A stretch of DNA of 61,731 bases, counting the filler, from Dimorphilus gyrociliatus (lineage: Eukaryota > Animalia > Annelida), in the NCBI GenBank assembly GCA_904063045.1. It is 4 parts of 4 records of this genome, joined end to end, with 100 filler letters (N's around TTAATTAATTAA, not from the genome) between each part and the next. Parts side by side here need not be neighbours in the genome. Positions count along the whole stretch, not along the records: positions 1 to 25,686 come from CAJFCJ010000193.1; 3 more parts are not named here. One strand, 5' to 3'. Under the pieces are notes generated by a model, which was given only the letters and a program-made list of their open reading frames with translations, ran no database searches and was not told where the DNA came from. Position numbers and translations under genes: made by a program. Positions 1 to 11,990 of this stretch are shown in pieces (the stretch's first letter is position 1; the number at the start of each line of letters is the position of its first letter).

Positions 1-3000
1 TCTATTATCGCCAAGGTATATTTTCTCCAGTTTAGAGCAATTCTGTATGATTTTTCCAATTATCTCTCCGTGTATCTTTTTCAAATAGCATTCTGATAAG
101 TTTAAATTTCTTATTTCCGAATGTTTTTTCAACGATGATAAAATTGAATGGAAACTATTTAAAATTGTTTTATTCCCGCCTAAATTTATCTTAATAAGTT
201 GATTTGAATTCTTTAATAAATTTGATAAATTTACCGAAGTTTTCTCACTTAAATCACACCAAGAAATATCTAATTTTCTCAAATTTGAACATTTTTGAAG
301 AGATGAGAAAATGGTATTAAATTTTCTTTTAATGTTTTTATTCCAACTAATATTTAACATTGTTAAATTTTGATTTTCGAACAATTTACTTAATTGATCA
401 ACTTGATTTTCATTGAAATTGCATTTAGAAATAATGATTTCTTTCAAACAATTGCAAGTGGTAAGTGATGATATTATAACTTTTAAGTTATTAATATATC
501 TATTTCCACTTAAATTAATCTTTTCCAATGTAGAACACTTTTTTAACAATGTCCAATAAACTCCAAATTTTGATGGATCTGATCTTAAATTACTTAATCG
601 TATTTGTTTTAAATCTGTTAAATTCTTTAATGATGAAAAGATTACTTTATATGATTCTTGTAATCTTTCCTCGTTAGTTAATATAATCTCGTCCAATGAA
701 TTAGAATGTATACAAAGCTCTCTAATTAAATCAGCATATTTTTCATTAATATTACAATTTCTCATATGAATTTCTTTTATTTTTCTACAGGATCTGAGCG
801 ATTGGAAGATTGCAGACAATCCATCTTCAAGAGTATCATTTTCGTTTAGAAATACCTTTTCTATGTAATGGCAATTCTTAAAGACTCTACTCAATAGTTC
901 ACCATTTTTCTCATCCAATTTACAGTCCGAAAAGTTTATCTCTTTTAAATTAGGACATTTTATAAGCGACGAAAGAATATCCTCAAATCCTCTTTTAATA
1001 TTTCTATTACAGCTTAAATTAATTATCTGAAGATATTCGCTTTTATCAATAACTCTGCTTATCACATTACCATGTGTCTCTTTTAAATTGCAGGAAGAAA
1101 GTACTATCTCTTTTAAATGTAAACATTTACTGAGTGCAGAAAATATATTATACAATCCGTTTTCAAGAGCCGTATTACCGCTCAAATCCAATTTAGTCAA
1201 AGATGATAAAGATACCATCACATCTCCAAGCAGTTTTCCCTCATTTAAACCCATTTCGCAATAGGATAAATTTAATTCTTCCAATTTGGATAGTCTCATT
1301 TGAGAAGAACTCAAGAAACAAAAGTCACTTTGAATTATTTTGTTATAACTTAGATTTAGTACTCTAAGTGATTTGGTAGTTTTCATGATAGTTTCCAGTT
1401 CTTTTCCATGTTCTTTCCTCAGTTGAAAAGAAGGCATATGAATTTCCTTAAGTAGGCTACAGTCTCTGAGTGATGTTAGAACAGAAGCTAAACATTTACG
1501 TACATCTTTATTACCATTTAATAGTAACGTTTCAATAGAGGAACACTTGGATACTGTTTTACTTAACAAGATTAGATGAGATTCATTTAATTTGCAGTTG
1601 GAAAAGTTTAAAATTGAAATATTTGGACAATTTTCTAAATATCTAAAAATCTCTTTAAAACCATCTCTAATCATTGTATTTCCTTCCAAGTTAAGAATTT
1701 TAAGATATTTAAGATACTTAAGAACATTTCCAATTAATCGTCCTTGTTCTTCATTAAGTTGACAATAAGATAAATTGATTTCTTTAATATTTGGAGAATG
1801 AGTATCGAGTAACGTTATTATATATTTGAAATCGTTACTCGAAAGAATAGCGTAAGAAAGATTTAATCTTTCAATATTCTTATGAAATTTCCATGTTTCA
1901 TCCGGGAAGAGACTAAAATCCAAATTAATAAAAGCTATCTCCTTTTGTGATTGATCTGAACTATTAAAAATCATCTTAAGAGCTTTATAGAGTCTATTCA
2001 ATATATGATTTATATGATCATTATCTCTTTTCCGTACGATTTCCTTACCTAATTTTAATATTATTCCGCGTTTATTCTCTCTAGAATTATCATCTTCATT
2101 TAAAGAGTTATTGAACGCTTTATATTCTGTAAAATTTGAACAATTTCCCTTTTCATTAAACCAATTTGAATACAAGTTAAATATATAGATTTTCTCTTTT
2201 TCCCTATCATTGTAAAAACTTTCGCCATCTTTAAAATTATAATTTCTAAATTCGTAGTAGAACTCTGATTGAACAGTTTCAATATTTTTCAATAAAATAT
2301 TGTGAATATTTATCAATTTTATAGAGTTTTTTCTCCTTTTAGTTTCAATAGTATTGTAGAAATGATTAAATAGGTCAATTGATATCATCTTATTGCCTAG
2401 TATTAGCATTTCAAGTTCATTAAATTTATTTAACGTATTAATATAACCCTCGTTAATATTAGGAAGGAATCGGGTACTTGAATCTTTAAAGCAATTCATG
2501 AATATTGGTCCTTTCCAAATTTTTATATTACATGTATTAAAATCATTTTTATCATTAGAAATATGAATTTCTTGAATATATCGATAATCTTTATCATTCT
2601 CTCTAGAAATATGAATTGTATACTTTGATAATTTAATTAAATAGACTTTAGTTGATTTTAATAAGGAGAGAAATTTTTCAAAGAACAATTCGCTATTATA
2701 GAAAACTATGAATGATTCTTCATCTTCTATTCTAAGTATTTCTAAATGATATAGATATTTAACTATTGCCTTCATAAACACTGTATAATCAATTTTCGTA
2801 TTCTTTATGTTAATTTCTCTTACATCTTTTCCAATTTTCTTCAATAAGACTTTAAGCATTACACCGTCAATTCTTTCGTTTGTTAATGATAATATTTGTT
2901 TTTTAAGTCCCTTCTGTAATATATTTTTAACGAAATTGCTTGATTTATACATTGAATCGATAATTTTCGATTTTTGCAGTAACTTTTGAAAGAAATTCTC

Positions 3001-4533
3001 ATCGCCTTGCTGTACAAATTCCATAACGTTAAATAGTTGAAATTTATTACTCTGTTTAAAAAAATCGTCTAACTGTCTACTAGATGATCCCTTTTTTAAA
3101 AAGAACTGCTTAATACCATTATTAAACATATGAGAAAAATGATTAATAATAAATTTAGCAGCGAAAAATTCTTGAAAGGAAAGATGATAGAATTGAATTT
3201 CATACTCATCTTTGTTGCAATCTTTCTTTGGAAGAGTTTGTATGATGTTTTCTAAACATATTTTCACTTCATCTAACTCTTTGTCATGAACGCATAACGT
3301 AAATTCATTCTTCTTTAAACTATCGAATGATAACTTGTATATCTTATTCATAACACTCTCTACATCAATATTATTCTTATTAAGAGATTTAGTTTGTATA
3401 ATTGCAATTAGTTTATCGTAAAATTCGTATAGATTCTCTTTAAAATGATATTTACTATTTTCCCATACAAAATAGACGATCATCGCCAATAATGGAACTC
3501 TACAAAGATCTCTTATTTCCCAATTCTGTTTTTCTAACTTTTGAAGAAAATCTGATATTCTCTCCTGATTAACAATACATTTCTCAAAGAAACTTTTCAT
3601 TTGATTGTCACTAAATCCGACAAGTTCAAAAGTAAGTTCAAATGATTCTCGTATTTGTTCCGCTTTCCACTTTCTGGACCAAATAACAGTAGCAACGTCC
3701 GGATAAGGTTTCTCAAGTAAATCATTAATCTTATGGGGACTTATGTAAAATTCATCTGCGCCGTCTAAGAATAATAGAATGTTTTTATTTCTTTCTTTAA
3801 ATAACAATTCAATTATCTCTTTATCAATATAATCAATATTTCGAAAATTCTGTTCTAAAATGGCATCGTAAAGATCTTGATCTTTTCTAACGTCTCGTAG
3901 AGTTATAACTATTACTAATTTCTCCGAATTTACATTCCAAGCATCCTCTGACCAAGATTGCACTAGTCTCTTCACTTGAATTGTTTTTCCCATTCCAGGT
4001 TCACCGTATATTAAAATCTTATTAAAACCATCTAAAATTTCATGAAAATTCTCATATGATACACTGGTACTCCTCGAAGACGACTTTAGCGTTGAAGCAT
4101 TGTAGATTTGGGCGATTTCAATGGTAGTAACAATATCAACTAGCTTTACCTGTTTAATATCTTTAAAAGGTAGTGGTGTTATACAGTGCATATCTTTTTT
4201 TCTCTCTTCCTTTGTGTCTTTAACAAATGTCTTCCATACGAAGAGTGTATCTAGCAATTTATCGGCCAAATCTTTTAATGAACTCTTATCAATGGTTAAC
4301 AGAGCATCCGTTGTACTATCTAATGAAGTTTTGCCAAGTATATTCATCAAGTAATTAAGAGCCGATTCTATATTTTCTGTAGATTCTAAGTGTAAATGTT
4401 CAATTTCTGCGAATGATATAAGATTTCTTTCTGTAATCCCATCAAGAAATTGACGAAACGTTATTTTCTTATCCAATTCATCTTTTAGTAATTTCTTATA
4501 AAACTTTAAAGAGAGTAATTTTAAAGATTCCAT
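1..4533 (-). CDS. NLR-type protein: N-terminal death-fold (CARD-like), NACHT NTPase, ribonuclease-inhibitor-like LRRs; intronless, 3' end outside the window (>1511 aa)
   Basis: Manual translation from ATG 4533 (MESLKLLSLKFYKKLLKDELDKKITFRQFLDGITERNLISFAEIEHL) shows Walker A GEPGMGKT, Walker B ILLFLDGADE, CRVPLL and FYHLSFQEFFAA. LRRs follow (LNLSYCQL, LTKLDLSGN) and the frame is still open at base 1 (KLEKIYLGDNR). This explains its absence from the ORF track. Confidence 0.9.
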   Translation of the reverse strand, partial: MESLKLLSLKFYKKLLKDELDKKITFRQFLDGITERNLISFAEIEHLHLESTENIESALNYLMNILGKTSLDSTTDALLTIDKSSLKDLADKLLDTLFVWKTFVKDTKEERKKDMHCITPLPFKDIKQVKLVDIVTTIEIAQIYNASTLKSSSRSTSVSYENFHEILDGFNKILIYGEPGMGKTIQVKRLVQSWSEDAWNVNSEKLVIVITLRDVRKDQDLYDAILEQNFRNIDYIDKEIIELLFKERNKNILLFLDGADEFYISPHKINDLLEKPYPDVATVIWSRKWKAEQIRESFELTFELVGFSDNQMKSFFEKCIVNQERISDFLQKLEKQNWEIRDLCRVPLLAMIVYFVWENSKYHFKENLYEFYDKLIAIIQTKSLNKNNIDVESVMNKIYKLSFDSLKKNEFTLCVHDKELDEVKICLENIIQTLPKKDCNKDEYEIQFYHLSFQEFFAAKFIINHFSHMFNNGIKQFFLKKGSSSRQLDDFFKQSNKFQLFNVMEFVQQGDENFFQKLLQKSKIIDSMYKSSNFVKNILQKGLKKQILSLTNERIDGVMLKVLLKKIGKDVREINIKNTKIDYTVFMKAIVKYLYHLEILRIEDEESFIVFYNSELFFEKFLSLLKSTKVYLIKLSKYTIHISRENDKDYRYIQEIHISNDKNDFNTCNIKIWKGPIFMNCFKDSSTRFLPNINEGYINTLNKFNELEMLILGNKMISIDLFNHFYNTIETKRRKNSIKLINIHNILLKNIETVQSEFYYEFRNYNFKDGESFYNDREKEKIYIFNLYSNWFNEKGNCSNFTEYKAFNNSLNEDDNSRENKRGIILKLGKEIVRKRDNDHINHILNRLYKALKMIFNSSDQSQKEIAFINLDFSLFPDETWKFHKNIERLNLSYAILSSNDFKYIITLLDTHSPNIKEINLSYCQLNEEQGRLIGNVLKYLKYLKILNLEGNTMIRDGFKEIFRYLENCPNISILNFSNCKLNESHLILLSKTVSKCSSIETLLLNGNKDVRKCLASVLTSLRDCSLLKEIHMPSFQLRKEHGKELETIMKTTKSLRVLNLSYNKIIQSDFCFLSSSQMRLSKLEELNLSYCEMGLNEGKLLGDVMVSLSSLTKLDLSGNTALENGLYNIFSALSKCLHLKEIVLSSCNLKETHGNVISRVIDKSEYLQIINLSCNRNIKRGFEDILSSLIKCPNLKEINFSDCKLDEKNGELLSRVFKNCHYIEKVFLNENDTLEDGLSAIFQSLRSCRKIKEIHMRNCNINEKYADLIRELCIHSNSLDEIILTNEERLQESYKVIFSSLKNLTDLKQIRLSNLRSDPSKFGVYWTLLKKCSTLEKINLSGNRYINNLKVIISSLTTCNCLKEIIISKCNFNENQVDQLSKLFENQNLTMLNISWNKNIKRKFNTIFSSLQKCSNLRKLDISWCDLSEKTSVNLSNLLKNSNQLIKINLGGNKTILNSFHSILSSLKKHSEIRNLNLSECYLKKIHGEIIGKIIQNCSKLEKIYLGDNR

Positions 4534-5137
4534 TAGTATATTATGACGTTATAACTACTGGTAAAGGAAAAGCGTATATATTCTTAGAGCTTACTCAGCA
4601 GAATGTTTACCTTTAAAAAATAATTCCTTTGAACATATTCAACAAAGTAACTAATTGTTAAAAATAGAACGAAAACTGAACTAAAAAGGAAATAACTATA
4701 ATTGAAAGCTTGAACTTTGATACTAGTTGTAAGCCTATAGTAGTAAAAGGAAAGAGACTTAATGTTAATTTACATTAAGTGCAAATAGAGCTGAATTTTT
4801 TTAAATGTTCAAGCAAACTAGGCAGTTGAAACAAACATTCTTTTTTATTCAATTGATCAACTGGAAAATTCAAAACAACAATATTTTAAGAAATTAAACT
4901 AGTAATAAATTTATAGATTTGTCGTTCAGTCATTCTTTAACGACGCAGTATACCATTTAAACAATTTAATATTTCCTGAGCTGAACAAAAAGAAATAGGG
5001 ATAATTAAGACTTAATCCTCTCAACTCAACACAATTGCCACTTCTTTTCTCTATTAGCTCTACCCCTTTTATACTGGGAACAGATTTCTTTAAAATACAG
5101 CAAGCTTATAAGATATTCATTTAATAGATAACTGAAT

Positions 5138-6110
5138 TCTATGTCTATCGGCTAAGAAGTCATATGGAAGAAGAAAGCTGTTATCTTTTCATTAGCAAAC
5201 TGAATATCGTATTTAGAACGATAACAAATTAAAGTCGATAATTTATGTTTCTCTTATAGGTTCCCTAAAAATTTCCTTCAAGTCATAATTACATACTACA
5301 AGTCAAAATTGGGTTCATATAATAGGAGAATTTTCTTTGCATTGCTTTTTTCCTAATGTTTTCTTTATCACTTACAAATGGTTTACAAATCTGTTTTTAT
5401 TTTAAATCCATTTCAAAATTGTCTCGTCTGTTGTGATTATGTTTCAGATTCCCGTTTAATAAATAAATTTCCATTTTGTTTCTGGTTACACTTCTTTTCG
5501 TCCATTGATTGGCTCTCTGAATGAGCTTGATTATTATCTTTTACAACTGATTCTCTAAACTTTGCTTTTTCATCCTCCAATGTTGATTCTTCAAGTCCGA
5601 TAGTTTTGTGTTTATTATCAATCAACCTCTTTTTGCTAGAACCACTTTGTCCAAATTTATTCAGGAAATATAATTTGTCTTTCCAAGTATACACTGGCCA
5701 AAGTGAAAGTTTCCTTCAACCACTTCCACTTTTAAAATGGCTGCCATTCACTTTTCAACATTATCTTGTTTTTTGAAATAATAGTTCATAATGTTCAATC
5801 ATGCATAAAGTTTACAATCAGGCTATGTATTCAAAAAGTCAATGAAAAAATGAATTTAAAGACGGTACGAACGTCCCAGGGTACATTCACATAACAGAAT
5901 TTTATGTCTATCGGCTAAAAAAACCATATGGAAGAAGAAAGCTGTTATCTTATTGTAATCAAGCCGAATATCGTATTTGGAACCATAAAAATCTTTAAAC
6001 TTATCATTCAAATCATTACAACTTATAAGTCTTCTCGTAGTAATTGTTGCCATTCGAAACAATAATATAGATTTCCTTAAAAAGTTCTTTCAAGTCATTA
6101 TCACACATCA
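5138..6110. repeat. Local direct duplication (about 5138-5300 and about 5900-6110) flanking a MULE remnant
   Basis: TATGTCTATCGGCTAA..CATATGGAAGAAGAAAGCTGTTATCTT..GAATATCGTATTT occurs near 5140 and near 5902. A second shared block, TTCC(C/T)TAAAAA..TTCAAGTCAT, occurs near 5262 and near 6072. Confidence 0.65.
5437..5890 (-). mobile_element. Internally deleted MULE-family element remnant
   Basis: 5641-5760 is the reverse-complement homologue of 43150-43270, the 5' region of the MULE at 42948. The ORF 5437-5694 tail (HSESQSMD) matches QSENQSMD near 43800 and HSDSQSMD near 57680. A GGTACGAACGTCC/GGTACATTCAC terminal-type motif lies at 5863-5890. Confidence 0.55.
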
Positions 6111-6377
6111 AAGATTTTTCCAGCTTTCGTGGCAAAAATATTTCAATAAATTTTAGTAATCTTTAATGATACCGTCAATAAATATAATCTTACTAAGATA
6201 CTTGATTCAAGAAATAACAAACAAAAATCTATTCTATCCAAGTCGAAAACAAAGAGTTCAGAAACTAATAACATGACACTTAAAGACAAGACAAGAATAA
6301 ATTTTATCAAATGTTCAATAGATAAGTTTTACGTTATATATTACAATAACAGCAATGATTTCTGCACAAAGTTGAAA

Positions 6378-8304
6378 ATGAAGGCTTCATCAACAGCATT
6401 TATATTAGGTGAGTGACAATTTTCATTTTTTTAAATCGTTCATCATTCTTTACCCTATTCCACTAGCAACGATAATTCCACTCTTTTATGGAAATCAGTT
6501 TCAATGTCCGCTCAATGAGAATCTACAACCCATCAATGGTACATTCCCTGATCCTACTTTTTGTAATGTATACTATCACTGTGTGAACGGAAATCCTTTC
6601 CCGCAACAATGTCCTCCAGGATTATTCTTTACTGTTAAACTGAAAAGTTGTCGATACTCAATCTGTGTAGATCCAAGTCAAGCAAAATGTCCAGGCGACA
6701 CTCCAGTTATATTCAATAATCATCAGCATCATGAGTCAGCAGAACAAAGAAATGATTACGCAAAATCTCCTGAAAAGAAGCAAGAGAATAGAAATGAATT
6801 TGAATGCGATCCAGCAATTGATGGTACATTCCCAAATCCAAAAGATTGCCGTCAATACTATCATTGTGTCAATGGCGTTTCTTGGCCACAACAGTGTCCT
6901 TCCGATTTCGCTTTCAATCCGAAACTGAATGTTCGAAACTGTAACATTCAAGTATGCGTTCCTACTTCAGAAGCATTTTGCGCAATAGATGGAGGGTGGT
7001 CCGAATGGGGCCAATTCGGAAACTGTTTTCCATCGTGTGGAAACGGTCTAAGAGTGAGAACACGAGAATGTAACAACCCTCCTCCATCGAATGGTGGTAC
7101 AGGATGTTTGGGTAATAGTGTTGACGCAGTGGAGTGTAATCAAGATGACTGTCCGGTGTTGGGCTCACCTTCTCCCGCTTTTTACGTTGGTAACAGAAGG
7201 TTAATTAGACCAACTCGTCGACATCCTTTTGACAAAGTAATGATAAATAGTGAAAACCTGTATGACTCTTCCGACTCAGCAATGAATATAACTACACCGG
7301 GTGTATATTTCGCTTCATTTGTTTACACAAGTAAAAATACTTATAGAGGAAGAGGAAGGCTGAATTCTCTTCATACTGAATTTTGGAGATCAGGATCAAA
7401 TGTAGGCGAAACAACTGATCAAATTCAATCACTTTATAAATACACTTCGCCTATTCAAATAACTCGAACAATCAATGACCTTTCTGGTTCAATATATGGA
7501 AGTGAAGATGGATTAGAAAGTTCATGGTTGGGATTTCGCTATGAAACCGACAATTTCTTGTTTGTATTGAGAAGTAGCTCTAGCTCAGCTGTCACAGTGC
7601 CTTTTACACGAACATTTGCTCGAGAAGGAATAACAGGAAGTTCTCTTTTCACTGTTAGTACGGCAGGCTATTACTACATCACTTTTAACTATGGCGTTCA
7701 TACCTCTTCTAACTTCTTGCTAAGGAAAAATGGAAATGATGTTCCTCAGATGCAATTTTTGGTTACAAGAACAAATACCCGTATCGATATGAAGTCAAAA
7801 TCGGCCATTTTACATTTTAATGCTGGCGATACTTTCAATATTGCGAGAAGAAGTGGATCGATATACGCCGATGGCGATAGGCAAATTGGACTTGTCGCTT
7901 TTAGGATAAATGGCACAAATGATTCTCCTTTAATATCAGTTGAAAGAACAACAGAGTTTAATTCAACCGCCTTAAGCACTGTATCTTTTGACAATGTTAT
8001 TCACAATGTCGGAAATGGTTGGGATCCTGATAATCATAACTATCGTTGTCATGTACCAGGCATTTACATGGTTTCATTGACTGTAGGAGGAAAACCTTTG
8101 AATCAATTGATAGCAGAAATTACAGTTAATAACGAAGTTCAAGGAAGATTGTTAAATTTGAATTCAAATTCACTTGAGAAATACGTTTCAAGGTCACTGT
8201 TAGTAAAAATGAATGAAAATGATGTTTTAAGAGTTCGAGGTAGAGGAACATTTGGAGTGACTTCAACTACTTCTCTATTCAATGTATTCTATGTTTCAAG
8301 TTAA
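6378..8304 (+). CDS. Secreted 2xCBM14 (peritrophin-A-like) - TSP1 - 3x gC1q protein, gene A (intact)
   Basis: Exon 1 is 6378-6408 (MKASSTAFIL), a phase-1 GT-AG intron spans 6409-6466, and exon 2 is 6467-8304. The protein has two C..C.YYHC..CP..C chitin-binding domains, a TSP1 (GGWSEW..CGNGLRVRTRECNNPPPSNGG) and three C1q-like modules (PGVYF, AGYYYITF, FDNVIHNVGNGWD..PGIYMVS). Confidence 0.9.
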
Positions 8305-9399
8305 ATTCAATGAATTATTTGATCATTGAATATGTCTAGTTATTTTAAATCCATAAATTGTAGCTAAATTTGAATACTTTTTAAAGGGTAAAAGTTAGTA
8401 TATACACGACTTTTTTTGAAATACAGGATTTATATTGAACACAAAATGGTTATTACATGTCAAAATTTCAGAAAGGTAGTCGAGATAAAGTGTACATAGC
8501 CTATGTACTTAATGTTCTTTGGTAAACAGCCCTTTTTGTTAGTTCATACGGATATGCTGCAATAGCTATCCGTTATAATTTATTTTTCCTCCATTATAAC
8601 CTTAACGCACAAAATATCCTACTCATCTATTCACCCTCATTCTTATATCAGTCCCTCAGACACTGCTCAAGTTCTACTAAGCGGTATTCCGACGTACTTA
8701 ACCCATTATTAGGATATAAACACGAACAAGAACACAAAACAAGAGATTCATATTCCATTTACTGATTAGTGAATCATGAACCATGAAACGCGAACCTCAT
8801 GTTCTCCTTATATCATTCAATCCTATCACAGATTTATATAATCATATATTATACATATTTAATAAATTAAACATCTTTTTTCAAGTTAATTTTTCAAGAA
8901 ATCTTTGATAGCCGGAATTGTAATCGGCACTGGTTTACCGATAAAAACAATTATATAATATATCATATATCGTTCTATAACAAGTTAATTTAAATTTAAT
9001 CAGTACTTTGCGTTTGTTATAGTAGTTGTTTCGGCTGTTTTCAGTAATATTCTATTTTGTCTATGTGCTAAATCATGACCGATTAGAGGAAAGTGCATTA
9101 GATAAAAAGATTTTAAATAGTAGCGCGAATTTATTGAATTCTAGATATTTTACTATTATACATATATATTATGCCATAATTAATATATTAGTATATGTCT
9201 ATACAAGATAACTATATAAAAAAAAAGGGATAATTGTCGCCATTTCGAACGCTTTTCGTCCTAAATTAACTTGATATGTAATTTAGTAAAAATTTTTAAA
9301 TGTGATCTCTTTGGTGATATCAATAAATAAGATAAGGCATTTATCGGACTATATATGAGCACCTGGTTTGAATTGTAATCTTCTATTTTAAAATCTACA

Positions 9400-11317
9400 A
9401 TGTTGAATACTTTGGTTGTTTTAGGTAAGAATATCCTAATCGACTATATAGTGATTTTTATTAAATTTTCATTTTATAGTCCTATATTTTTTGGTACCAA
9501 CACATCAGCAATTTCAATGTCCTTTAAATGAAAATTTACAACCAATTGACGGTACTTTTCCGGATAATGTTTTCTGTAACATCTATTATCATTGCATCAA
9601 TGGCACGGCGTATGCTCAACAATGTCCGCCTGGTCTTCTTTTTACTGTAAAACTAAAAAATTGCCTCTATTCTCTATGTGTAAAACCAAATCAGGCAAAA
9701 TGTCCAGGAGATAATCCCGTTATACTTAAAGAATTACATTCAAACAATTTAAAGCAAAAAGAGAATCACCTGAATAAACAATCGTTTACTTGTGATCCAA
9801 GAATTGATGGAACATTCCCAAATCCGGGAGATTGTAGGCAATACTATCATTGCGTAGGTGGTGTTTCATGGCCTCAACAATGTCCTGCCGACTACTACTT
9901 CAATCCAAAATTGAATATTCGTGATTGTAATATTAAAGTATGTGTTCCTCTATCGGATGCAAATTGTCCCATAAACGGAGAATGGTCTCAGTGGTCAGAA
10001 TTCACGGAGTGCTTTCCAACATGTGGTAATGGATTAAAGGTGAGATTCCGAGAGTGTAATAACCCACCTCCATCCAACGGAGGAAGAGAATGTGCAGGAA
10101 ATAGTGTAGACGCTTTAGAATGCGATCAAACCGATTGTTTGACGCCTACTAGTGCAGAGCCAACGTTCTTCGTTGCTAATCGGAGGGGAAGAATTGTTGA
10201 TACTGTACACCCTTACGATAATATACTAATTAATAACGAAAACTTGTTTGATTCTGGATCATCGTATATAAATGTCACGGAGAGTGGATTCTATTTTACT
10301 TCTTTTGGTATTACAAATAGTGGTAGCTATTTTGGATATGCATCAAGTGGTGCTGGAACAACAACGGAATATTCAAAGTTACACTCAAGAACAGGAATGC
10401 AAGGCCATTCTTATATAGCGTTACGAAAGTGGGAAAAGAATAGCATCATCAATCGTGCAGTTGTAACTAGGTCTCATGTTCATGGTACTGAAGATGGAAG
10501 AGATACCTACTGGCTTAGTTTTAGATACGTCTCTGATCATGTACTTTTTTTAGGTAGACGAACTCTCGTTAATACACCGGGATTAATCGACTTTACAGAA
10601 ACTATTACAAAACAAGGAATCACGGGAACTGATTCTATATTCGAGATCAATGAAGACGGACTTTATTTCGTAACAATTAATTTTGCACTGAGAGGACAAT
10701 CTATTTTCTGGTTAGAGAAAAACAATAATAGAGTTCCCGAAATGTCATTTAACTTCACCGCATCTTCTCCTTTTAGAAAAGATGCAACATCTAAATCAGC
10801 AATCATTCATTTTTCCAGGGGAGATAAATTTAACTTTCGTCTGGAAAGTGGACGTCTAGAATCAAATGTTTTTCTACCACTAAGTGTGGTTGCACTACGA
10901 TTGAATGGAACTGATGGCTCCCCTCTAATTAGTCTGGAGAGACGAACGTCATTTAATTCAGCTAATCAACTTTCAAGATTTACTTTTGACAATGTACAAC
11001 ACGATATCGGAAACTCGTGGAACTCTAACAGGAATGAATTTATCTGTAAAGTTCCTGGAATTTATATAGTCTCCATAGCAACAGGTATTGGTCAAGCTCA
11101 ACAAGGCTACCTAGAAGTTCACGTAAATGGTAGAATTGAGGGACGGATAATAAGTCTATTAAACAACGATAGATACACAGGCTTGATATCTAGATCTCTA
11201 TTGGTTACTTTATCAGAAAACGATGTGATAAGCATTGAAGGAAGAGGAATAATTGAATTGGATTCATCAACTACTGTTTGTGCTATTTTCTATGTATCAT
11301 CAACTGTATTAAATTAG
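9400..11317 (+). CDS. 2xCBM14-TSP1-3xgC1q paralogue, gene B (intact)
   Basis: Exon 1 is 9400-9424 (MLNTLVVL), a phase-1 intron spans 9425-9479, and exon 2 is 9480-11317. Domain order is the same as gene A. Confidence 0.9.
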
Positions 11318-11990
11318 ATTACTAGTTATTGTTACAAATTTATGGTTAATTCATTTTTAATTACGAGTTGAATATTCAATAAAATAAATTATAGAGTACC
11401 TTCACTACATCATAGATAGAAAAGTATCTTCCTTGTGGAGATCTTCATTCCGTATATATAAAATTTTTACCCAGTTGCCAATATATCATACAGTACTCAA
11501 TTAAACAGATACTTTTTGAAATGACACGTTTCCTGGTGTGTCATTGCAAAGTTATATGTTGTATAGGTCATTGAACTTCAAAAATAATAATAAAGGCCTA
11601 TTTTTACACATCTAATATCTTTCTATTCTTTTATTAGATAGAAACTTCTTTAGTTGACTAGGCTTGTTATTGACAATTGACTCAGCATTTCTGTCAAGTT
11701 CATCATAATAGGCCTAAAATTATTTTAATAATTTGATATTAAAACAATTAAATCTATAAAAGCATCCAAAATATCGGCATAATTAATTTTCTAAATAATG
11801 TAATCCATTGAGTATTTCCCTAAGTAATTTAGATATAAGTTTTACATTCGAAAAGCGTATTCCAAAACTTTAAATACTGAAATAATACAGTCCTTATCGG
11901 GAAGGTGTCTTTGTCGAAGGTGACAAAAGAGATAATAACTTTTATAAAAGCCATGACGAATTTCTTAAAAGATCATTAACTTTTCAAAGT

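Noticed and set aside
4500-4533. BC-box at the NLR N-terminus (SLKLLSLKFY)
   Set aside because: It matches the short degenerate motif, but no LPxxL cullin box follows and the region reads better as a death-fold helix.
6731-7994. Short antisense or alternate-frame ORFs recurring in the array and elsewhere (for example 6731, 6736, 7746, 17869, 26906, 42113)
   Set aside because: They are shadows of the real coding strand. They recur only because the host genes are duplicated.
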